A stretch of 64,000 nt of DNA from Centroscyllium fabricii (taxonomy: Eukaryota), in contig JBNRSN020000015.1 of NCBI GenBank assembly GCA_051313645.2, positions 30,628,001 to 30,692,000 on the forward strand. The letters run 5' to 3'. Below, one piece after another: positions 1 to 10,303 of this stretch. Within the stretch, counting starts at the first letter, position 1. Each line of letters starts with the position of its first letter. The notes below the pieces were generated by a model. The model ran no database searches and was not told where the DNA came from. It saw only the letters and a list, made by a program, of their open reading frames with translations. Position numbers and translations under genes: made by a program.

Positions 1-478
1 GGTAATTGTCCATCTGCGACTGAGAGCACAGAATGCTCTGGAAGCTGCCAAAGTGTGAATGTGTATGTAAACCCATGTGAGGGCACTCCGGCAGCTTAAG
101 TTAATTTGTTAAATAAAATTTGATGTTGGTAGGGTGGGGGGTGTTGTGGGGAAATGAAATTATTCTAAGGCCAACTGTCATGTTAAAAGATCTCATCTGC
201 CAAGGAATTTATTGGGTTACTCTGTGCACTATTTTTGACAAAGAATCAAAATTGTAAATTGTAACTGTTCATTCTTGTTCAAGCAGCAGTCTAATATATT
301 ATGTGATGATTATGAATAAAATTTGAAAGAATTATTGCATTAGCAGGTTTGTACTACATCCAAAAACCATAAAGAACTGAAATATTTCATGACCCCCAGC
401 ACAAGTTGTGATAAAAGACACATTTGATGTGTACCAATCCCTCAATGGTGCTGGTTATAGCTAACATTATGTTTTCAG

Positions 479-499
479 ACTTGCCTGTTATTTGTGAAG
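479..499 (+). other. Candidate 21-nt host microexon (phase 1-1, ~DLPVICE)
   Basis: Branch-like CTAAC at 461, GTTTTCAG acceptor, AAG|GTGGGT donor, length divisible by 3; no homology evidence. Confidence 0.25.
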
Positions 500-1174
500 G
501 TGGGTGATGGACTAAAAGTGCAGGTTACCCAAAAGTCACAGTGTGTGACATTAATACCCCGCACAACTTACAATCTAGCGCGGGTTGGAGCAGGAGAAAA
601 CCACTTCGAATCGCACATAAATCTTGCTATTTAAGAAAAACCCTCCATGATAAGACTATGTCCTGATGTTTCAGTTCTCTGCATGCATCAATTCTATGGA
701 TGAATATTGCAAAGCATTCTGCTTTGATCAGGCACTGCATGAAAAGTTTGACAAACCTTTCCTCTAACAAGCTGACAACTGGCGAATTGGAAACAGGAGC
801 AGCAATCGGTTCTCCACTTGTTTGCTAGAGTGAGCAGTTACAGGAACAGAACACAGGGAGAGGGGATGGTGAGTGGAAAGCTAGCATGAGCAGTACCACC
901 AGCACCAGAAATGCATCTCCTGACTGACCATCATATAGTCTATTAATGGTGGTCATTAGAAGAAGATTGTTCTGAGTTCTCCGCTTGGGATCAAGGTGCA
1001 GTTGCAGGCAGTAACAGTTGAGGAATGGGGGTTGGGGGAGTGTGGTGCAGTGTGAACTTATAATGTAGTGCTTCACTTATATTAACTCAAAATTTAAAGT
1101 TCCAGAAGAGTTTTGGCTGGTGTGACTTTCCTGTCCTGTTAAATATAGTTGCTTGCATTCACAGTGGCTTCACT

Positions 1175-2603
1175 GGCCTGGAATTTGCGGTCCGGATGAC
1201 AGCGAACGCATGCAGAAATCCTGAAGTTGCGGTTTGTCATTCACTGCTCCGAGACAGGCTGTGCTGTGCCCTCCCCCCCCCCCCACCCCACGGAGCCAAC
1301 AATCAGTGTAATCACTCAAATCAGGGAAACTGATGAAAACTTCAGCTCTTCTGCAGTAATTACACTGTTAAACTTCGGTGTAACTGGGATTATAACAGTG
1401 CATGGCTGATGCAGTATAATGTGGATAAATGTGAGGTTATCCACTTTGGTGGCAAAAACAGGAAGGCAGATTATTATCTGAATGGCAATAGATTGGGAGA
1501 AGGTGAAGTGCAACGAGATCTGGGTGTCCTTGTGCACCAGTCGCTGAAGGTAAGCATGCAGGTGCAGCAGGCGGTTAAGAAGGCAAATGATATGTTGGCT
1601 TTCATAGCGAGGATTCGAGTCCAGGAACAAGGATGTCTTGCTGCAGTTGTGCAGGGCCTTGGTGAGACCACATCTTGAGTATTGTGTGCAGTTTTGGTCG
1701 CCTTATCTGAGGAAGGATGTTCTTGCCATGGAGGGAGTGCAGCGAAGATTCACCAGATACCTGGGATGACGTATGAGGAGAGATTAGGTCGATTTGGCTT
1801 GTATTCGCTGGAGTTTAGAAGAATGAGAGGGGTTCTCATCGAAAGTTATAAAATTCTAACGGGACTAGACAGACTAGATGCAGGAAGGATGTTCCCGATG
1901 GCCGGCGAGTCCAGAACCAGGGGTCACAGTCTAAGGATAAGCCTTTAGGACGGAGATGAGGAGGAATTTCTTCACCCAGAGAGTGGTGAACCTGTGGAAT
2001 TCTCTACCACAGAAGGAAGTTGAGGCTAATTCATTAAATATATTCAAGAAGGAGCTAGATATATTTCTTAAGGCTAAAGGGATATGGGGAGAAAGCAGGG
2101 ACAGGCTACTGAATTTGGATGAGCAGCCATGATCTCATTGAATGGCGGAGCAGGCTCGAAGGGCCGAATGGCCTACTCCTGCTCCTATCTTCTATGTTTC
2201 TATGTTTCTAAACAATGGTTATGGGCCTGAAATAACAAATTTTAATTTTGAGAGTGTGAAATTTATTCATTTTAATAAAAGTTTGTTCATTTTTATGACA
2301 TTTGCTTTTCAACCATTCGAGAACCCCAATCTTTGTCTTGCTCTCTCTAACATTTTTAAAACGCTAGATTTTAAGAGTTTACCTGGTTTCCTGTCTGAAC
2401 ATTCTGCGTTTTGATTATCTGCTTAGGTAGCTTGTTGACAGCACAGCAGCTCGCACAAGGGGATCCCCACTAAACTCCATTGATTTGAATTTAATGTCAG
2501 AAAACCCAAACTTCTCGACACAGAGATCGCGAGATCTTTGTGCAAAGCGTACTTGGGGGCCAGCAGAGGATGCCTTCGCTTTGCTGACTGCACATTCCGG
2601 GCC
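1175..2603. mobile_element. Non-autonomous PIF/Harbinger-type MITE, interrupted by a CR1
   Basis: TIRs GGCCTGGAATTTGCGGTC / GACTGCACATTCCGGGCC; 3-bp flanks ACT/ATT; terminus type shared with 4670 and 56140. Confidence 0.7.
1401..2210 (+). mobile_element. 5'-truncated CR1 LINE (RT C-terminus and 3' UTR), frameshifted
   Basis: YNVDKCEVIHFG...QRDLGVLVH...LYSLEFRR motifs; TTCTATGT tail; near-TSD AACAGTG/AACAATG. Confidence 0.93.
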
Positions 2604-2813
2604 ATTATTTTCATGTGCCAGTCTTTTATAAACATTATTAAAATAGCTTGCAACACTTATGTAAAAAGGAAAAGATTAGCAAAAGTAAATGTGGATCCCG
2701 TACAGGCTGAGATAGGATAAATTATAATGGGGAATAAGGAAATGGCAGAGAAATTAAACAAGTACTTTGTGTCTGTCTTCACGGAAGAAGACGCAAAAAA
2801 CTTCCTGGAAATA

Positions 2814-2929
2814 TTCAATTCAATTCAATTCAATTCAAGTTTTATTGTCATTGCAGAGTACTAGTACAATACAACGAGACGAAAACTCGCCGCTCCCGAG
2901 AGTAGTGCAAATAATTTACATGCAATTGC
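2814..2929 (-). mobile_element. Very short 5'-truncated Rex1/Babar LINE (3' UTR only)
   Basis: Near-identical to the 3' end of the Rex1 at 14965-15090, including the (TTCAA)n tail; ATA duplicated on both sides. Confidence 0.85.
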
Positions 2930-3644
2930 ATAGTGGACAACCAAGAGAATGAGGAACTGAAAGATATTAGTAAAAAAGTAGTACAGGTACTGGAGAAATT
3001 AATGGGACTGAAAGCTGATAAATCACCCGGACCTGATGGCCTACATCCTAGGGTTTTGAAAGGGTTAGCTATAGAGATAGTGGATGCATTGATTGTCATT
3101 TTCCAAAATTCCATAGATTCTAGAATGGTTCCTGCGGATTGTAAGGCAGCAAATGTAACCCCACTATTTAAGAAAGGAGGGAGAGAGAAAATGGGGAGCT
3201 ACAGACCAGTTAGCCTGACATCAGTAGTCGGAAAATGCTAGAATCTATTTATTAAGGACGTGGTAACAGGGCACTTAGAAAATAATAAGATTGGGCAGAG
3301 TCAACATGGATTTATGGAAGAAAAATTGGATTTGACAAGAGTTTTTTGTGTTTGTAACTAGCAAAATAGATAAGGGGACACCAGTGGATGTGGTGTATTT
3401 GGATTTTCAGAAGGCATTCAATAAGGTGCCACACAAGAGGTTATTAAACAAAGTTAAACCTCATGGGATTGGGGGTAATATACTAGCATGGATTGGTTAA
3501 TGGACAGAAAACAGAGAGTAGGAATAAACAGATCATTTTCGGGTTGGCAGGCTGTAACTAGTGGGGTACCGGAAGGATCAGTGCTTGGGCCTCAGCTATT
3601 AACAATCCACGTCAATGGTTTGGATGAGGGCACCAAATGTAATA

Positions 3645-4117
3645 CAGGTTGTGCACCGAAAATCCGTGTCCCGAATAGCCGGCAGCTTCAGTCTGCCGGC
3701 ACAAATTGGCCAGACTGCACTGCGCATGCGCAAGATGGCCGCCGCCATCGTGGCGGGTATTTTGAATGATCTGCGCATGCGTCGCCGGACGGTTAGCGCA
3801 TGCGCAGATAATTCAATACGGCCGCCGGTTATTTTCCCGACAGCTGAGCCCCGTGACTGAGGCGGACAGTCACTAGGCAACAGCTGTCAGCCTGAGTCCG
3901 GCTCGGCGGCAGCAGCAACCCGAAAGGCGATGGAGAGGGAACGCGGACCCGTGCCCGATCTGCGCTTGCGCGCGCCAGCCAGTCCCAATGTTGTGCGCAT
4001 GCGCGCGGCCATTTTGAATGGTGCGCATGCGCAGTGTCCAACCTCGTTCTCACGGTTTTTTCTGTTTCCCGGCACGGGCCTGGTCCCGCCCGTGGCGGAT
4101 TAATGGTGCACAACCTG
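3645..4117. mobile_element. Tc1/mariner (pogo/Tigger-like) MITE
   Basis: TIRs CAGGTTGTGCACC..AATCCG / CGGATT..GGTGCACAACCTG; TA TSD; removing it restores CR1 'KCNISKF'. Confidence 0.9.
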
Positions 4118-4669
4118 TATATCCAAATTTGCTGGTGATACAAAGCTGGGTGGGAATGCAAGTTGTGAGGAGGATGCAAAGAGGCTTCAAGGGGATATAG
4201 ACAGGCTAAGTGAGTGGGCAAGCACATGGCAAATGGAATATAATGTGGAGAAATGTGAAGTTATCCACTTTGGTAGGAAAAATAGAAAAGCAGAGTTTTT
4301 AAATGGTGAGAGATTGGGAAATGTTGGTGTTCAGAGGGACCTGGGTGTCCTTGTACACAAATCACTGAAAGTTAACATGCAGGTACAGCGAGCAATTAGG
4401 AAAGCAAATGGTATGTTGGCCTTTATTACAAGAGGATTTGAGTATAAAAAGTAAAGATGTCTTCCTGCAATTATATAGGGCCCTGGAGAGGCCACACCTG
4501 AAGCATTGTGTACAGTTTTGGTCTCCTTACCTAAGGAAGAATACTTGCCACAGAGGGAGTGCAACAAAGGTTCACTGGACTGGTTCCTGGGATGGGGGGA
4601 TTGTTCTATGAGGAGAGATTGAGTAGACTAGGCCTACATTCTCTAGAGTTTAGAAGAATGAGAGATGAT

Positions 4670-5410
4670 GGTCCAGAAATTAGGGCCGCAACGTGCGAGT
4701 ACGGACGGTGTACTCAGCGTGCGGCCCTCAGAAGTGCTGGTTCGGTGCATACACCGAGCATGCGCACAGAACCAGTACTTCCGATGCCGGGTCTGGAGGG
4801 GTCAGGAGCCGGAGTGCGTTGGCCTGCGTAGTAGGAGGTGCGCAGTGCAATTCCGATTTTTTTTCCAAGTTTTTTATCAGGCTACGTATCGGGAAGGTTA
4901 CGGATGGAAATATCAGCCGTAACGACCCCTTTTCATCAGGTAAGTCTTTATTTTATTCAATTTAAGTATTTTTTTCACAGGTTTTTTATTTTTAAACAAT
5001 TTAAACAAAGGTAAGTAGTTTTTAAGCCCATTTGAAATATTTTTTTATTTTTTTTATTTTTTGTTTAAAATAGCTAATTTGTTAGTGATATTAATGTTAA
5101 AAAATGTGTTTTTAAAAAATTTATTTTAATGTTTAGTGCGTTTTTGGGGCTCTTGTTTTTCATAACTTTGACAGATCTGTCTGTCAAAGTTATGAATGGA
5201 GCATTCTTTGCTGTGATTGGCTCCCCGCGGACCACGTGGTCCTGCGCGGAGCCTCGCACGGTCTCCGCTGAGTTGCCTTAGCGCGGCGCGTGGGGCTTGG
5301 AACTGGACCTGGAATCGGGAGTTCAAATCCCAGAAGAGGAGAAAATTCTATGCGCTCCGTAAGTGTGGGTTGGAGGCTTGCACTCGCAGGAAGCCCCGAA
5401 TTTCTGGGCC
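4670..5410. mobile_element. Non-autonomous PIF/Harbinger-type MITE
   Basis: TIRs GGTCCAGAAATT / AATTTCTGGGCC; interrupts CR1 'RRMRDD|LIETY'; TSD degenerate (GAT/AAA). Confidence 0.8.
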
Positions 5411-5905
5411 AAACTCATTGAAACATACACAATTCTTACAGGGCTTGACAGGGTAGATGCAGGGAGGATGTTTCCTTTGGCTGGGCAGTCTAGAACCAGG
5501 GGTCACAGTCTCAGAATAAGGGGTCGGCCATTTAGGACTGAAATGAGGAGAAATTTCTTCACTCAGTGAGGGTGATGAATCTTTGGAATTCTCTACCCCA
5601 AAGGGCTGTGGAGGCTCAGTTGTTGAGTATATTAAAGACAGAGATCGATAGATTTTTGAATATTAAGGGTATCAAGGGATATGGGGATAGTGCAGGAAAG
5701 TGGAGTTGAGATAGAAGATTAGCTATGATCTTGAGGGGCCAAATGACCGACTACTGGTCCTATTTCTTATCTTGTGTTCTTTTGTTGCTTGCTTTAATAA
5801 GTAGTTACGTACAGAGTTACCATTTTTATTTTTGATTTGAGCACTTAACCCGTGAAAATTTTTAGTTGCTGTTATTATCAATGACAATAAACTAGTGTGT
5901 TAGGC

Positions 5906-6300
5906 ATAGAAACATAGAGCAGGAGTAGGCCATTCGGCCCTTCGAGCCTGCTCCGCCATTCAATGAGATCATGGCCGATCATCCAAACCCATTACCCCGC
6001 CCCTGCCCTCTCCCCATATCCCTTGATCCCTATCGAGCCTCCATCAACACATATCCCACCCTATCCCCGTAACCCCACCTATTTAATCCCCCTAACACTA
6101 AGGGTCAATTTATCCTGGCCAATCAACCTAACCCACACATCTTTGGACTGTGGGAGGAAACCGGAGCACCCGGAGGAAACCCACGCAGACACGGGGAGAA
6201 TGTGCAAACTCCACACAGATAGTACCCGAGGCTGGATTTGAACCCGGGTCTCCAGTGCTGTGAGACAGCAGTGCTATCCACTGTGCCACCGTGCCGCCCC
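5906..6300 (-). mobile_element. V-SINE (HE1-like) with a short CR1 3' fragment at its tail
   Basis: tRNA-like head, V-domain (TGGGAGGAAACCGGAGCACCCGGAGGAAACCCACGCAGACACGGGGAGAA); CR1-type tail at 5906-6030. Confidence 0.88.
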
Positions 6301-6870
6301 ATACCGTGCATGTATAAAAAGTGATGGGGTTAGATGTTGGTTAAAAGTCATGGTGGGTTAGGTAGGGGCCATCTAGTTAAATAATTTCTGTATATAATGT
6401 ACGTTGATGCACTTTTTAGAGCATGTCTGTTTGCTTCGTTGTTGCTTGCTCTAATGCAGGGCAAACTGTGGTCAGTGGCGTTTTATACAGTGCAGTTAAA
6501 TGGCAGGAGGAAAAAGTTGATCTGGGCTGTGACACTGTCGTGTCAGTTGCAAGCTCGGATGGCTCGAGAGGCTGAAGTCTGGTGTATTATTGCTGGGCAG
6601 GATTCCAGTTTTCACTTGACTTTGTTCTAGAGAACGGGACCTAATCGCACTTTTACTTACTTCCTGAGCGACAGTGCATTATACTTTCCTCTCTGGAAAC
6701 TCGAGGCCACTTGTCAGTGAAATTCGGTCTCAAAATATGTCTACTGTTTCCTGCATTTTATTTACAAGCAAGTTATTTTGTGCTTTTTGGGGTTCCACTC
6801 GGCTGAGCTTCTTGGTGGTTGTGGTGGTATTTCTAAAATGCACTTATGGTGGTTGCTGGAGATTTAAAGG

Positions 6871-8329
6871 TCATAGAATCATAGAAGATAGGAGCAGGAG
6901 TAGGCCATTCAGCCCTTCGAGCCTGCTCCGCCATTCAATGAGATCATGGCTGATCTTTAGCAAGCTAGTACCCCGTCCCTGCCTTTTCTCCGTAACCTTT
7001 AATCCCTTTAGCTTGAAGAAATATATCCAATTCCCTCTTGAATATGTTTAATGAACTGGCCTCCACCGCCCTCTGTGGCAGGGAATTCCACAGGCCCACC
7101 ACTCTCTGAGTGAAGAAATTCTTCCTCATGTCTGTCCTAAATGGTTTACCCCTTATCCTTAGACTGTGGCCCCTGGTTCTGGACTCACCCGCCATTGGAA
7201 ACATTCTCTCTGAATCTAACCTGTCCAGACCTTTCAGAATTTTATACGTCTCAATGAGATCGTCTCTCAATCTTCTAAACTCCAGCGAGTACAAGCCCAG
7301 ACTATATAATCTCTCCTCGTAGGTCATTCCTGCCATTCCAGGAATCAGCCTGGTGAAACGCCGCTGCACTCCTTCCATGGCAAGAACATCCTTCCTCAGG
7401 CGAGGCGACCAGAACTGTACACAATACTCGAGGTGTGGTCTCACCAGTGCCTTGTACAGCTGCAGTAAGGTATCCTTATTCCTATACTCGAACCCTCTTG
7501 ATATGAAGGCCAACATACCATTTGCCTTCCTAACCGCCTGCTGCACCTGCGTGCTCGCCTTCAGCGACTGGTGCACAAGAACACCCAGGTCTCTCTGCAC
7601 CTCCCCATCTCCCAATCTATTGCCATTTAAGTAGTAATCTACCCTCCTGTTTTTGCCCCCAAAGTGGATAACCTCACATTTATCCACATTATAGTGCATC
7701 TGCCATCTATCTGCCCAGTCCCCCAACTTATCCAAATCGCCCTGTAACTTCCTGACACCCTCTTCAGAGCCTGCCCCCCCTCCTAGTTTGGTGTCATCCG
7801 CGAATTTGGAGATATTACATTCAATTCCCTGATCCAGATCATTAATATATATTGTAAACAGCTGGGGTCCCAGGACAGACCCCTGCGGTACCCCACTAGT
7901 CACCGGCTGCCACTCAGAAAATGAGCCGTTAATTCCAACTCTCTGTTTTCTGTCTGCCAACCAGTTCTCTATCCACATCAAAACTTTGCCCCCAATCCCA
8001 TGAGCCTTAATTTTACATGCTACTCTTTTATGTGGAACCTTATCGAAGGCTTTCTGGAAGTCAAGGTACACCACATCTACTGGCTCTCCCCCATCTATTT
8101 TCCGAGTTACTTCCTCAAAGAATTCCAATAGATTAGTTAAACATGATTTGCCTTTTGTAAATCCATGTTGACTCTGTCCGATCTCATCCCTAATTGTCAA
8201 ATGCTCCGCTATTACATCCTTGATAATGGACTCTAACATTTTGCCCACTACTGATGTAAGGCTTACTGGTCTATAATTCCCTGTTTACTGGTCTATAATT
8301 CCCTGACTTACTGGTCTATAATTCCCTGT
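6871..8329 (-). mobile_element. Young 5'-truncated CR1 LINE
   Basis: Uninterrupted RT frame plus 3' UTR and TTCTATGA tail; triplicated 5' junction. Confidence 0.95.
6965..8281 (-). CDS. CR1 ORF2 reverse transcriptase domain (partial, open frame)
   Basis: 427-aa ORF with QHGF, YLDFQKAFDKV, GVPQGSVLGP, KFADDTK, WNSLP; frame extends upstream to GNYRPVSL. Confidence 0.92.
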   Translation of the reverse strand, partial: GNYRPVSLTSVVGKMLESIIKDVIAEHLTIRDEIGQSQHGFTKGKSCLTNLLEFFEEVTRKIDGGEPVDVVYLDFQKAFDKVPHKRVACKIKAHGIGGKVLMWIENWLADRKQRVGINGSFSEWQPVTSGVPQGSVLGPQLFTIYINDLDQGIECNISKFADDTKLGGGAGSEEGVRKLQGDLDKLGDWADRWQMHYNVDKCEVIHFGGKNRRVDYYLNGNRLGDGEVQRDLGVLVHQSLKASTQVQQAVRKANGMLAFISRGFEYRNKDTLLQLYKALVRPHLEYCVQFWSPRLRKDVLAMEGVQRRFTRLIPGMAGMTYEERLYSLGLYSLEFRRLRDDLIETYKILKGLDRLDSERMFPMAGESRTRGHSLRIRGKPFRTDMRKNFFTQRVVGLWNSLPQRAVEASSLNIFKRELDIFLQAKGIKGYGEKAGTGY

Positions 8330-8335
8330 ACAGTA

Positions 8336-8670
8336 CAGGAAATCTTTTTTATCTGGCACTGACAGGACTGGCGTGATGCCGGTTTATCAAAAAGTCTGGA
8401 TTACAGAGAGGTATAGTTAAAAAGTACAAGAGCACCGCACACAACAACAAATCCAAGCGTCCCCGTTGCTTAGCAACAGGTGCAGGAACCCCGGCCAGAA
8501 GATCAGGCGACCCTGTTGCTTAGCAACAGGTGCAGGAACCCCAGTTACACGGCCACAGATCCAGGAATGGTCACTAATGTGAAGTAAAACTTACCTGAAC
8601 CTACTCCTGAATTTTGCCGGTTAACACAGATTTCTGGTTATTTAGGTGCCGGCAAATTGAGATTTTCCTG
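8336..8670. mobile_element. Tc1/mariner (pogo-like) MITE with an internal ~50-bp duplication
   Basis: CAGGAAATCT ... AGATTTTCCTG termini; TA on the left, CA on the right; two copies of GTTGCTTAGCAACAGGTGCAGGAACCCC. Confidence 0.6.
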
Positions 8671-8935
8671 CAGTAGATGTGAGGTTGTATGTGCTCACTG
8701 CAGCATGTTTATAGAGCTCTTGGATGAGAGAACAGTCAAGAAAGTGGGCCTTTCATTGTCGGAGGAGACACACTTTGGGCGAAGGAGGGTGGGTTTTGCC
8801 AAGTTGCAACTTAAATCCCGCTAGCCCAATGTATGACACATATTCCACAAATGAGGGTGATGGGAGAACTCTAGAGTGACGGTCACGAATGATATTTATT
8901 ATATGACGTGGCCTATGCTATTTCTAACAATTGTA

Positions 8936-9279
8936 CAGATTGAACACCATTAATCCGGCAGGGTCGGAACCAGCACCCTAACGGATTCTTGAAAATGCCG
9001 ACTGATTGAAGCCACGGCGGCGCATGCGCACAGCATTCAAAATGGCCGGCGCGAAATTTTGAATGGTCTGCACACGCGCCGCCGAATGGCGAGCGCATGC
9101 GCAGAGCATTTTGAATGATCTGCGCATGCGCTCGCCATTCAGCGGCGCATGAGCAGATCATTCGCCGAAGCAGCAATCGCGGCGGCCATTTTGCACATGC
9201 GCGGGGCAGTCGGGTCAATTTATGCCAGACGACTGAAGCTGCCGGCTTAACGGTTTCCAGATTAATGGTCTTCAACCTG
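8936..9279. mobile_element. Tc1/mariner MITE related to 3645-4117
   Basis: TIRs CAGATTGAACACCATTAATCCGG / CCAGATTAATGGTCTTCAACCTG; TA TSD; shared TGCGCATGCGCA-rich body. Confidence 0.88.
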
Positions 9280-9981
9280 TACTGGGCTTCCAGTAGAAAA
9301 ATTAAATAGTAATTCCCCCCACCCACCCAAAAAAGTCAACTGCAGCTTCTTTGTGGAAATTCTGTAATTGTGATCTATCAACCTACGATGATACTGCTGT
9401 ATCTTTTGTTGCCTTTTTATAGAAGTGTTATTTCCGTATAAAGATTTATTTTATTTATTGAACTGATACAAAATTGATATTTTGTCATTCTCCCAGTTAA
9501 GAAATGAGAAAAATGTTAGGACTCATAGTAACCCCATTGCACTCACTTTAATTAGTGCAATTACTTTTCTGCAACTTAATGCATTTAAAAGAACAAGGGG
9601 GCACCTTGAATTCTCAGTCGTGCCGCTTTGGCCCAATGTCAGCAGACAGAGCAGATCTATACTGCCTGTTCAAACTGCTCTCCAGCAGATCTCTCTGCTT
9701 TCTTAACTGCAGTCTAGGCGAACACTTCAGTGCAGTACTGACTGCTGCACTGTCAGTGGTGCCATCTTTGAGATGAGACACTAAACCAAGGTCCCATCTA
9801 CCCTCTCAGGTGGACGTCAAAGATCCCGTAGCACTATTTTGAAGAAGAGCAGGGGAGTTCTTCCATCATTATTAAAACAGATTATCTTGTCATTATCCCA
9901 TTGCTGTTTGTGGGAGCTTGCTGTGCGCAGATTGGCTGCCGGGTTTCCTACATTACAATAGTGATTACACTTCAAAAGTAC

Positions 9982-10303
9982 TGTGGGGAACCAAAGGTAT
10001 CCCACTTTTAAATTATAAAGAATTGGAGGGAAACAGCAGAGCACACTTCAACAAGTCTTTATTCGACAACATCCAATGTAGAACTGAGAGCTAAATGCGC
10101 AAAACAGCAGGAAACCATGTGATCCATGATTGGCAGCGCTATTAGCCTATTAGGGTCTGTGACTGTTGATTCCATAGACCACTGGGGCAACGGGGGCGGA
10201 ACCAACTTACCAAAAGAGGATTATGCCTTAAAGGGAGGCCGGTGTGTCTCTGGCTTCTGCCTTAAAGGGAGACCGGAGTGCCTCTCTGGGTAGTTACGCT
10301 ACA
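9982..10303 (-). repeat. 3' LTR (322 bp)
   Basis: Direct repeat of 14240-14413 plus 17711-17855; AATAAA on the - strand. Confidence 0.93.

Larger units (their letters stand above)
2657..5780 (+). mobile_element. Degenerate CR1 LINE ORF2 (RT) with three nested insertions
   Basis: KSPGPDGLHPRVLK, YRPVSLTSVVGK, SGVPEGSVLGP, CEVIHFG fragments across frames; CR1 3' tail. Confidence 0.93.
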
